Origin: Chiloscyllium plagiosum
Lineage: Eukaryota
DNA length: 64,000 bases
Assembly: GCF_004010195.1 (NCBI RefSeq)
Contig: NC_057718.1
Span: forward strand, 59,817,622 to 59,881,621
Reading direction: 5' to 3'
Shown here: positions 26,301 through 38,258 of the stretch, piece by piece
Layout of the letters: each line of letters starts with the position of its first letter
Position numbering within the stretch: position 1 is the first letter of the stretch
Notes under the pieces: generated by a model
What the model saw: only the letters and a program-made list of their open reading frames with translations
Told to the model about the DNA's origin: nothing
The model's database searches: none
Translations under genes and position numbers: made by a program

Positions 26301-27419
26301 TTGCCTCGCTCCAACACATTAGTTTACAAATCTAATAAGTGTTTCAGATGTTGAATTTGTGTGGATTAATGCAGATTTGCCCAGAGTTTTTGAATAATCA
26401 AATACACCTTTTATTTTATGCAACAAAGAAAAACCGACTGACACGTTTCTAAACACTAATGTCTAGCATAGATAATAATAATACTATTAATATTGTTGTG
26501 TTAGTTAAAAAACATTTTCTGATATGCAAACAACAAAAAACTTATATATTGCAATGTAGAGAAATGTCAAATTTTGCAGTTTGCCCACTGACAGTCATTA
26601 TTACCATTAATATTTCATATATTTTTCATTTAAATATATGTCAATATTTCTTTACAATTACATTACCCTCTTCTATTATTTATTTCATTGACTGCTTTGA
26701 TTACAGGTTTACTCCTTCTTTATTGGGTTTAATTTTCTGGAATTGATATCAGTTACATCTCAATTCTTTCTTAATAGTTTCATTATTTTTACTTTATTAC
26801 TATGGACACAATCTATTTCCATTACTTTGATTTGCTTTCAATGCTTTCCTTTCCACTGTTCATCAAATGATACTGCAAAATTCATGATATAAGTCTTTTT
26901 TATTAGTTTTTCTCCTATATATTTTTTTAGACTGTATTTCTCAGCAATTAGATCACATTTAACATATTGATCATTTCTGCATCATTTTCTGTCTCTTTTA
27001 ACACATTACAAAAACATAGCCATTTGCTTATACAGTCTACAAGTGAAAAAAAATTACAATAATTTACATCGAAGGAGCTGCTTTACATTCATACACTTTT
27101 TACAGAACAGTACAATTTGCAGTGTTAAATTCGACTGTCTTACCAACGCTACTGATTTATATTTTGAAGAAATTCTCTATTAACCATGCCATTAACCATT
27201 CTCTAATTTATATTGATTCCCATTCTAAGCAATGTACGTGACTTCAAAATTTTGCACTTTTAAGAATCTTTTTAACCTGTGAAAACAAGGGCAATAGAAC
27301 TGATTTTTATATTATCTGTTCTGAACAAATATTCTTTTTATTGTTAATGAGAGTTATTAGTAAGGAAGTGGCATTTTAAACCTAAGATCACAATCTTAAA
27401 ATGTATTTGTACCTTCAAA

Positions 27420-27797
27420 TTAGTGAGTTGTTGATTCAAGCTTCATTCAAGATGGCTCTTCAGTGCAGTACCAAGTGATGTTGACATATAGAGGGAAAAT
27501 TGAGCCCATGTTCAGGTGCAGATGAAAACTCCCATGGCTCTATCCGAATAATTGTGCTCAATTTCCCCAGTGTCCCTAGTCAGTATTCTTAACCGAAGCA
27601 ACATATTCAAAGACAAATTAACTGGTTATCCATCTCATTTGCTGTTTATAGAATTTTGCTGTGCAAAGATCTGCTCTGGTGTTTATCTTTTTTTAGCAAT
27701 ATTCAGTGGTTTCACTTGGAAACTAATTTTACTGGATGTAAATTGCTTGGTTATGCCCCGAGAGTATGATAACGTGCTATATAAATGCAAATACTTT
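27420..27797 (+). mobile_element. ancient Deu-domain SINE (SacSINE1/AmnSINE1-like)
   Basis: CAGGTGCAGATGAAAACTCCCATGGC...TCCCCAGTGTCCC...CTGGTTATC.ATCTCATTTGCTGTTT...TTGCTGTGCA... ending GTGCTATATAAATGCAA. Matches the DeuSINE layout as I remember it. Confidence 0.65.
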
Positions 27798-29349
27798 GTA
27801 ATAGCCATCTCTCACTCTGAACTTAAAGTTCATAAAACTGAACAATGTCAACAACAGTGTGACCTTCCTTAAAAATGCATGTTGGTGCTATCTGCCACAC
27901 AACATGATTCAGTAAAGCATGATGTTTTTTTTTGCATGTGTATAGCTGTGGCATTGAAACTGACAAGCAAAATACAATGTGGCGATCACATTCATTGATA
28001 CTGATTGCAATACAGGCCATGAAGCACCCAAACTGAACTACTTAACATTGATCTCAATATTTTTGTTGGATCAAAATTGCTCATATTAAAACTGACTTTG
28101 ATCTCAGTGTGAAAATGTCAGGGTTGAATGATATGAAGTTGTGATTAACAAGTGTTTTTTTAAATTTGTGGGTGTTTCATTACATTAAAGGTACTATAGA
28201 AAAATAATTTGTTGTGGGAAAAATATATTTTATTTTATTTTATGTAACTTGAAGGAAGATTTAATTATCACAAGTACATATAATTTGGTATTAACTTGGG
28301 ATTCATAATGTGCAATAATTAACTCAGGACTCATTTTTTAACCCCTTATCAAACAAAGGAAAATGTATCAAAGGAGAAGAAATTTAATAATGTTGTATCT
28401 GGATTACAGTGCAATATAGGCAAATTGAGTTGATTTGTGCTTATTTGTGGACTAGTAGAAAATTCAGTAGAAATTTTTTTTGAATGCTTTAAAGAAGCAT
28501 TGGAATCTAATACCAGCTCCGACCTCAATATTGAAATTATGGTTCTGCGTTGATATCAAGATTTGCTTGTAATATTCCTCAAAATTAGTCAGTTCCTGGT
28601 CTGAACAAGCTACAATTCACCTTTTCTGTTTTACAACAATCAGACTAGCCATTCCTCGATGGAGACTACAGAATCCATCAGGCAAATTTTACATGCACCC
28701 TAATTTGGATTAAGAGCTTAAGAGGAGGAGTTCTCTTTCTGCACACATATTAAAACGGTGGCAGCTTCTGATCTGGACTGGTCTTTCTAATATCTGTTAA
28801 TGTTTCTCTTCTCCCTCCCTGGACTTGGTTACAAGTCATTGCCAGTCAAATTCTAATCCCAACAAATTGTCGAGCTGCTCCTTAGGATGCAATGGGACTC
28901 AAAATGCAGCCTAAGACTTGAGGCACCCTCGTTTGGGTGCATGCTGAAAACAAGCCAACATTAATTCCTTGTTTTAATGCCTTTATTCCTATGAGTAACT
29001 ATCATCCACAAAAATACATAAATACAACTGTTTGCCAGAGTACGAATGATCTGAGTTAACAATGGAACGTGACAAAGATTCTCTTTGTATAATAATTTTT
29101 TTTTGGTTTTGTTGGTATCTATGTGAAAATTGCTGCCATATTTGGTCTGTATTTTGAAACGAAATTTAGATATTTGCTAGTAAAAGATGAATATTCAAGT
29201 ATACGGTGAACTAGCAAGAGAGTTTGACTAGACTAGATACCTGATCTGGAGAAAAATGCTAGCACAAGCTCGATAATCCCACATGACCTGTTTCCAGGTT
29301 GCAACATTTTATGATCCTATTCCTGAGGTACCAGAATTCCATTCATTAC

Positions 29350-30300
29350 TGAATAACAAAACACAAAGGAGGCTAGTTGATGAAATCAAGACAACTGGTC
29401 TTAAAGGGACTACAGCAGAATGGCTGCCAAGTACAGAAATCAAGTGGATGGGTATTTTTTGGACTGAAGAGATGTGGTGCCACACTCAAGATCAGTGTTA
29501 AGACATAGGTTTCTCAATAGAAATAAATGATCTGGATTTGGGCATGTGAGCTCCATGTAAAAATGTTCTGAGAGAATTTTAAAAAAAGGAGCATTGTAAA
29601 TTGTGTAAAAGAAACTAGCTATTTCAGGAAAAAAAAATACAGGTATGTGGATTAAGAAAATTAGGTAAATAGATGCTGGTTAAAATTTAAACATGGGAAA
29701 ATGTGATGTGATACACTTTAGGAACAAAAATTATACAAAGGATCTCCAAACAATGTGCCAAAATTTTATAAGAAAAGCAATTCAAGTGTTTAGATAATCA
29801 ATTCTTTAAAAGCTGAAGAACAAAATATTGACATACATTTAAAAATGATCCTGAAGCATGATCTTTATCAAAAGGGCCATAAAATGCAAAAGGAAAAGAA
29901 AGATAAACATGTAAAGGTTGTTGAAGTTTGCCAATAGCACATGGGTAATATTAATCATAATATTGTTTGTCTCTTCATAGATGCTGCCAGATTTCCAGAG
30001 TTTCTCCAGCTCTCTCTGTTTCTATTTAAAATAGCATATTGTGTCTGGTTTTGGCAATTAAATTAGGAAGAATATCAAAGTCATAGAAGATACAAAGGAG
30101 ATTCACAACTTTGAGAACAGAAATTACACACTTTAATAAAAGGCTCGGGAAACTAAGAATTTCTCATTTAAAATGAAGCAAAAAATTGACTTCTTCTAAA
30201 TTATGATGCGGACTAATAAGGTGAAACCCATGTATGGCAGAAATAATGAGATGGCTAAGAAGACTTTCTTTTACATGGAGCTATTAAGCTACAGAAAATG
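29350..30300 (+). mobile_element. ancient CR1 RT-to-3' remnant with a small PLE tail fragment at ~29972-30025
   Basis: Decayed CR1 motifs CAAGATCAGTGTTA, ATAAATGATCTGGAT, AAATGTGATGTGATACACTTTAGG and CAAAGGAGATTCAC. Confidence 0.6.
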
Positions 30301-30311
30301 GAATTAGAATT

Positions 30312-30948
30312 TGTTATGGACAAGACCAAACTCCCTTCAAATATATCAAGGAGATAGCCTAGACCCTAACTTTTTCTTATTTAAAGGTAAGCATAAGGTG
30401 CTGTGTTCCAGATGTAATTCAATTGATTATACTACTTAGTTTAGGCAAAACACTCTATTTTTACTCGACAGAATATAACACAAGAAAGAAAAATTGGTCT
30501 AACTAACTTTTTTTTGGAAAACGTGACCGAATAATAGAGCATTTAATTACTAAACAAGAACTGTTCCAATATAATAATATCACACCCTTGGTAAAAGCAA
30601 TTTCAGTAAAATTGAATGTCTCACATGCAATGTTTCTCCAGTCCAGCAGAAAAGAGCATCAAGAGAAAGTTTGGCAGACAGTGCATTTTATTGTAGAGGG
30701 AGAGATGCATAGAAGTTTCAAAATACCAACAACTACTGAAGGCTGAGCTAAAACTTTGGTTCCATTGGAGCTTGACTGCACTCATTCATGCTGCTTCTAT
30801 TGTTGCAACTTTTAAAAGCAAGCTGCAAGGGCTCACAAGTTGATTGCTTTATTGGCTTGGAATATACTGCTCAGCAGCTCTGTCTCAATCTGTCTTCATA
30901 ATAAACAACAGGACCAAATGCACCTCTTAAAGCCATAGTACCATCACT
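30312..30948 (-). mobile_element. solo LTR (~637 bp), probably Gypsy-type, with 4-bp TSD
   Basis: Starts TGTTATGG and ends ..CCATCACT (decayed CA). AATT flanks both sides (30308-30311 and 30949-30952). Homologous to 18310-18712. Confidence 0.75.
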
Positions 30949-31119
30949 AATTCCCCAACACAAACAACTGAAACCCAGATAATATGCTAGGAACCATGTC
31001 AGATGGTGGGATTAAAATAAAAATTCATAAAATATTCTGGAAATTTCATGAAACCATTGTTGATTATCATTACAAAATCCATGGACTGACCGAAGCATAC
31101 TCAGCCTATTAAAGTCTTT

Positions 31120-32550
31120 CTTACTAACATCTGGATGCTAGTGTCAAAATTGGGAGCGCTATCTCATAGACTAGTCAAGCAACAGTCTGACATAGTCATG
31201 CTAACAAAACAGTACCTTACAGGTAATGTCTCAAACATCATCAACAACATCTTGAACCACTGGCATGTCTGCAGTATGCAGTTAGAAGGGAGTTACCCAG
31301 GGGCCCTCAACATTGAACCCAAACCTTATTGAGACTCATGGCATCAACTCAAATGGGGACAAGGAAGACCCCTACTAATTACCAAGAACTTCCCCCCTTC
31401 TCTCCCGTCTGCAGATGAATCAGTACTCCTCCATGTTGAGCAGCACTTAGAGGAAGCACTCAGAATGGCAAGGGTGCAGAATGTACTCTGAGTGGGGACT
31501 TCAATGTCCACATCAAGAGTGGCCTAACCGGATCACTATGATTGAGCTGGTTAGGTCCAAAAGGATATAGCTGCTGGACTGTGTCTGTAATAATGGTGAG
31601 GAAGGCAGTAAGTAGGAAAAATATACTTGACCTCGTCTTCACCCACCTGCCCCCTTCAGATGCATCAGTTAATGATATTATTGGTGAGAATGACCACCAC
31701 ACAGTCCTTGAGGAAATGAAGTCCCATCATTATGTTGAGAATACTTTTCTGTTGTGTTGTGTGGCACAATCATTGCGCTAAAAGGGACAGAATTTGAATA
31801 AGATCTGGCAACTCAGGTCTGGGCATCCATGAGGTGCTATGGGCTATCAACAGCAGCAGAATTGTACTCCAACACAATCTGCAACTTCATGGCCTGGCAT
31901 ATTTCCCACTCAATCATCATCATTTAGCCAGAGGATCAACCCTGGTTCAATGGAGAGTGTAGGAAGGCATGCCAGGAGCAACACCAGGCATACAAAAATA
32001 TGAGGTGTCAGTCTGATGAAGCTACCAAACAGGACTACTTGTATGCCAAGCAGCATTAAGAGCAATTGATAGACAGAGCTAAATGATTCCACAGCCAATA
32101 GATCAGATCAGAGCTCTGCAGTGCTGCCACATCCCATTGTGAATTAAACAACTCTCTGGAGGAGGAAGCTGCATAAATATTCCATTCTCAGTGCAAAAAG
32201 ATAAAGTTGAAGTATTTGCAATAATCTTAACCAGAAGTGCCAAGTGGATGATTCATATCAGCCTCATTCACAGAGCCCCAGTATCGCAGATGCCAGTCTT
32301 TAGCCAAGTCAATTCACCCCACATGATATTAAGAAACTGCTAGACACTTGGGTACTACAAAGTCTATAGGCTCTGATAAATTTCTGACAATAGTATTGAA
32401 GACTTGTGCTTCAGAACTTGCCGTATTCCTTGCCAAGCTCTTCCAGTACAATTACAACGTTAGCATTTAGCCACAAATGTGAGAAATTACCCAAGTATGT
32501 CCTGTGCACAAAAAGCAGGAACAAATGAATCCAGCAAATTACTCTCCATT
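31120..32550 (+). mobile_element. CR1/L2-group LINE (family distinct from HER1), EN to early RT, decayed
   Basis: LVSKLGALSHRLVKQQSDIVMLT, VGDFNVH, RKNILDLVFTHLP...NDHHTVL and VLKTCASELAVFLAKLFQY...VCPVHKKQ. Confidence 0.85.
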
Positions 32551-34611
32551 GTAAAGACTTTACTCACATGGCACTGAACTGAAAAAGAAAATTAAGAATA
32601 TTTGCAATGGGAGAAGCTGGATAACTCTCACATTTAGCCAGCATATACATATTGTAGTTCTGTAGTTTCATGAAGAGGCAATTTTTTATCTTGATATTTA
32701 AAACCATTGGAGCATGGTCAACTTGACCATGTGGCAAAGGAGTAAATATTTTTTTAATCCACATGATGGAATATTTAACAGAAATGTGAACTGAATATGG
32801 ATTTCTTCTGACTGATCACATTACTGGACATATAAACCTACTAAAGATTTTTCAAGTTCATTGCTGAAATGCTAATGAAAGAAGGATTGTGAAGTAAGCA
32901 ACAAAAATGTGAGTTCAGTTCAGTATGACAGCCTGTTCAGCCATTGTTTTGCAACCAAGACTAACGTCAAGAATCCACAGACATTTTACTTGTATTACTT
33001 TGGTATCTGTCCTTCTTAATCTAGAATTAATCCCAGCACAAATTTTACTGAATACTATTTTCAGATTTTCATATACAGCTTGAATTGTCACCTCAGCTTT
33101 AGAAATTTATTAATCCAAAATGTATGGACAATGTTTGTTAACTAAAGAATATGGTTCACCACCTATTTTAAGTAATGCTAGTGTTTAAAACTGAAACTCA
33201 TCTTTTCATTAAGCATGTGAGCCACTTTTGTCTATCATGCATAACGAACAAAAACATAACTGAAGTAATTTAAAGATGTATTTAAAATTTTACATTAATG
33301 GGATGCTGAGGAAATGTTGTATAATTTCAATATTTACTCGGATTGATTGCTATGTTGAAAAAATAACTGGTTTTCAGAAAATAATTCACCGCAATTGCTC
33401 TTCATTAGAAGTAACACAATATCTCCCTAAATAATATGTATAGAGAACTGAGGGATACATTATCTGTTGATAGAATGTTGTTTTATTATTTTCTAATATG
33501 CTTATTTCAAGTACAAATTTAGTTAATTTGCAGTAACATTTTGTTTAGAAAAGAAAATACATTTAAACTCAATAAGTTTAAATGATAAATGAATCTTATT
33601 GAGCATAATTTATTAAAGCAATTTTAAAAGCATTGAATATTGTATTCAAATCCTCTGAGGTTCCAGAGATAAAATACAAAAAGAAGTCAAATTAAGTCTA
33701 TTGAGCCATCAGTTATATGATCAAATTTAAATCTTATAATAAATGCAAAAGATTTCAGAGAGAAGCTTAAAAGAACTGTTTTGGAGGCCAACACAATAGA
33801 CTGAATCTTACCAGAAATCAGCTAAATGTATTTTCATCTCACACTATATTCTCAAACTCACCACTTTAACTCAATACAATGTGACTATGGCATCTGCTCG
33901 TCTGGTGCTGGTCCGATTTTCCCACTCGCCTTGGTTCTCACTACTGCTCGGATATCCCTGGATCCCTGATACTGGCATCAAACTTGACCCCTCAGCCGCA
34001 AATTCAATCAAACATTAACAGGTTGGAATGGTCCTTCACCATGCACTTAGTGGGGCAGCCACCACAAACCATTCCTTCTTAGGGCTCAGAACAACTCCTT
34101 AGCAAAGTGAGCATCATTCACAAAGGATGGTATACCATATGCCTCTATTCACTGGATATGGAGGGCCTTAGAATGATTTGACATTTGATATTAAATCTTA
34201 TTCCAGTGAATGCAACTTAAGTCATGATGTGATAAGATAGTAACAGATTATAACTGCTGGATGAGTAGAGTCCCTGTACTCTCAGCCTCCACATCACTCA
34301 AAAAAAAGGCATCATTGAACATAAGAGCACATCTTACAGTTCAGGGTAACAGGACATCAGTTCCATGCTCCTATGCAGTCTTTGAGGCCTTATAGTATGT
34401 TTGTTCTTTGTGGCCTGCAAATGCCCATTTCAAGGTCAGTTGTGATTACTTTCTGCTTCACAAAGATGATTATTTTTAATCAGCAATTACCAATGGCATC
34501 ATTGAGATTGCTAGCAGCCAGCATTTGCACCTGACCCAGTTGGACACTGTGCATTTTACAAGCACAGTGCTATAATTACAGATGGCTTCAAGCTGTACAA
34601 GGGAAGGGCAT

Positions 34612-34725
34612 CAGTTCTGAAGAAGATTTATACCAGACTTGAAACGTTCACTCTATTTTTTTTCAAAGACCTGACAATTTCTATGCTTATTTCAGATTTC
34701 CAGCATCTGCAGCATTGCTTTTATT
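34612..34725 (+). mobile_element. PLE pseudo-LTR fragment (family B) with decayed hammerhead motif
   Basis: AGTT-CTGAAGA-...-GAAA-CGTT-CACT at 34613-34652, followed by TTTCAGATTTCCAGCATCTGCAG as in the 59613 copy. Confidence 0.6.
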
Positions 34726-35972
34726 CTGTACAAGTGTGTGATTAATGTAATTGCCTCTTCCAAAACTCACAAGAGGAGCCTTCATATTAAACAAACATTG
34801 ATTCTGTTCACTCTCAGTATGCTCACAACTATTTTCTATTTGTTGTCACATTTAGAAGTCAACTGAAAATAGCAGGAAACACAGGTTATACCTGGTACAT
34901 TGAATTGCAGGCTCAGTCTAGAAATTCAGGAATCCCACCACTAATACCCCATCCCCAATATCCCACTATCCATTCATCCTGAACCTCTATGCCCCTTTAT
35001 ATTTTGTACTCCACTGATAACAAATCACTACCGATCCCCAGACAAATCTCAACCCACCACCTCGAACTATGACTGCAGGCCTTATCCTTACCCTCTGAGC
35101 CCTATTCCATCAGCTTAGTCCTGCTCACAAACCCTATCCTCCCCACCATTGAGGCCGTAGTGGTAATGACAACCAATAACCCTGTCCTACAATATCCCAT
35201 GCTCTTGCATGCACCAATCTCCCCGTCATTATCTGTCAAATTCACCACCTCCATCATCCTTGGCCCCTCTGCATCCCATTTTGCTGCCTCCAATCCCGAG
35301 CATTGAATTCCCCACTTCCCTACCACAGCAGTGTTCCCTGATAAACACCTCCCCTCTTGACTTTCATCCCATTCACCCAAAGCACTGACAGTAGCCCACC
35401 CACTAAGCACCTTGCATTGGCAGTCCTGAATGATGATTATCCAGACCCCTGACTGATCTCCGAGCACCTCACTGGCAAATGTTCTGTGGATCCTCTGAAT
35501 TTTTAATTAGATCTGTAGGACTAACTGTGGCCTATTTCTTGGACCATAATGAGATAGAGAACTTACCCGACCACTTCCAGGAGATGAATGACTGGGCCCA
35601 AAGCCTTGGACTTCAATCATACCTTAGCTTTGACTGACTATATCAGGAACCTCAGACTGGGGTTCTTGCAGCAAGACTTGCCCTTGCAGCAACATTGCAC
35701 TGAAGGCAACTGATGTATTCCAAAGTGTATCATAGAAGTTCAGAAACAAATTGTAAATGGGTCAGAAATGTGCCATGATGATGCTGTGAGGCTGCTAAAT
35801 GTTGGATGCCAATGCTCATGGATAGTGAGTGTGTGCAGTCACTGCCTATGGAGCACTCCCTAAGATGTTCATGCTGGCTGTCTAGGATGGAGGACTGGAG
35901 CGATTGATGAACTAGAGTCACCATGTAACAGCTCTGACTTTCAAGTCAGGAATTATAAGCATCTGGTTTCTG

Positions 35973-36154
35973 GCAACACCCCTTCATCAGGAATGAGGCT
36001 GGGAGCCTTGGCGGGGTCCAAGCCTCATTCCTGATGAAGGGCATTTGCCCGAAACATTGATTTTCCTGCTCCTCAGATACTGCCTGACCTGCTGTGCTTT
36101 TCCAGCACCACACTCGATTCTAATCCCCAGCATCTGCAGTCCTCACTTTCGCCT
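35973..36154 (+). mobile_element. PLE family A insertion with 21-bp inverted repeat, hammerhead motif, tail and TSD
   Basis: Perfect IR CCCTTCATCAGGAATGAGGCT (35980-36000) / AGCCTCATTCCTGATGAAGGG (36021-36041). TSD AGCATCTgGTTTCTG (35958-35972) / AGCATCTaGTTTCTG (36155-36169). Confidence 0.85.
36027..36062 (+). ncRNA. minimal type I hammerhead ribozyme motif (CpG-decayed)
   Basis: ATTC-CTGATGA-A-GGGC-ATTT-GCCC-GAAA-CATT-GATT. The core is canonical. CATT-G corresponds to CGTC-G in copies 7616 and 48414 through two CpG transitions. Confidence 0.65.
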
Positions 36155-38122
36155 AGCATCTAGTTTCTGTCTGGTGTGTGAGAGAATGGGAAAGCACATG
36201 TGAACAAGTTGAGATTACATGGTAATGAATGCTAATACATGCGATAGGCCTTTCGCCACTCGCTAGTCAGAATTTCATCACACCATTCAACATTTGGTTC
36301 GAAAATGGTAACTTTTACTCTCAATGTTGAGAACTTCCTCACTGACCGTTCCTCTAATTCTGCTAAGTTACTGATGATGGCCCATGTCACTTTGGAGTTT
36401 GGTAAGTTTCAAAACATCTGCTGAATGACAGTGTTAACATAAAACCTGCTGCTTTACTTTGAGGCTAAAACAAAATATTATCTTGCCTTCTTCTCGGGCC
36501 AGTCTGAAAAGCTATGTTTTAGGGTCATATTTGATAAATCTGATCTGGCTTTCAAAATCAAACCAAAAATTATTACATACTATCTATGGCATTCAAAAGC
36601 TTGTGTGTAGAGACTTTTTTTCATTTTACACAGTTATTGAAGATTTTTAAAAATTATTCTTTTTATTTGACAATTGTCCTTTTTGGTTTGATATTATTTT
36701 GTTGAAATCATGATGAAAAAAAAATGTGCTTGACTAATCAGTCTTTCACAGCTGCTGTAACAAGTTGTGGGATAGAATTTCCATGGGTGCAATTGATAGT
36801 CCTGACAGGAATTGGACTCAATCCTCTGCTGATTTTCCAGATTATGGTCCAAATGTCTGTTCAAATGTATATGTTCAATCTCAAATATTAAATCTAAATC
36901 TTCCAGCTCAGTCAGAGAACGTTTTGGCGACTGTGTTGAATTGCTGATTAGGCCTAAGACAATGGGGTAAAATTTAATGCTGTCCCCTGTAGGTTCTGGT
37001 TTGCGAACAATATTTTTTTAGGAGGTTTGAATCACCCACAGATCCCTGGTTTTACACACTGGACTTATTCAAGCAATGTGAAATGAAGGAGATAGTTTCA
37101 GGACAAAAGAATCTCTGGGTTCATTTAAATACAAAAGGTAAGTACAATACAAATAATAAAAGCAAATGTAGAACAGTGAAATTGACACAATAAATTATAC
37201 TGAGGACAGTAATTAAATACACTATTACACAGTGTTAAAAACTATTAGAAGCCAAACAGCAGTTTTGGTCACAGAAAACTTTAATTGGACTTTCTACCAT
37301 TGGGCTTTCTGCACTATCACTACCCACCTTCCTTTCCTTGCTAAATAGGTTGGAAACTTTGGGGTCTCCCGTGATTTTGAAGTCGAGCTGACTGTTCCCA
37401 CTTGCCATGCCTGTTACCTCAATGAAGACTTTGGATGGTGTAGGCTGTCACTCCGGGTTGAGTCCGCTGATGCGATAGGACGTGTATTTGGATTTATCGG
37501 GTGAGTACTCAGCTTTTCTTACCACAGACTGGTTTTCACTTCAGGATGTGTCTGAGGCGTCTGATGTCGATCAGGTCACTAGTTTTCAGAGTTGGTTGAT
37601 TCTTAGGTCTGCTGGTCATGGTCAGTTGCTGTTGGTTATCCTGGTACAGAATAGGCCTATGTTGGTCGGTTTCAGAATTGCTGTCAGAACTACCCTTTCA
37701 CAGATAGCTCTTGGAAATAACCACTGGAATTAGCTGTTGGAATTCCTTTTCTTGGCATCAGTGTTTAGAACACCTCCTGGGGAAGGGCTGCCAGATCGGT
37801 CTCATCGAGGTGGCTGTTTGGAATTACTCTACTGGAGATAGCTGTGGGGATAGCTCTCAGGTGAGATTGGGGCCTGTAATTATATTAATTATGGGCCTCT
37901 TATCTTCACACCAAATCTGAGCTGGCCATTGTGTTACTAGTGCTGTCTTTGAAGTCAGTTGGTTTCCCGATATTTAAGAGTATGTGTAAATGGGTTTTCA
38001 CTGAAATTGAATGCCCAATATCTCTAGAATATTGATTGAAGTTGAATGTCCGGTATCTGTAGAGGTTCCATAATGTCTGTGTTGTGTAGCGAGAGGTGTA
38101 AAAGTTTGTTTCAATCCAGAGT

Positions 38123-38258
38123 GGTGAAAGTGGGTACTGCAGATGTTGGAGATTAGAGTCAAGATTAGATAGTACTGGAAAAGCACAGCAGGTCAGGCAG
38201 CTTCCGAGGAGCAGGAAACTTGAAGCTTCGGGCAAAAGCCCTGATGCCTTGACTTGAC
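38123..38258 (-). mobile_element. PLE family A pLTR plus tail, with TSD
   Basis: GAAAGTGGGTACTGCAGATG...AGCAGGTCAGGCAGC...TTCGGGCAAAAGCCC. Direct repeat TTCAaTCCAGAGTG (38110-38123) / TTCAgTCCAGAGTG (38259-38272). Confidence 0.8.

Noticed and set aside
32562..32600. Possible 6- or 11-nt microexon on the minus strand (TTTTCTTTTTCAG TTCAG TGCCAT GTGAGT)
   Set aside because: The splice-like signals are good but short enough to arise by chance in AT-rich DNA. It sits next to a LINE breakpoint and has no other support.
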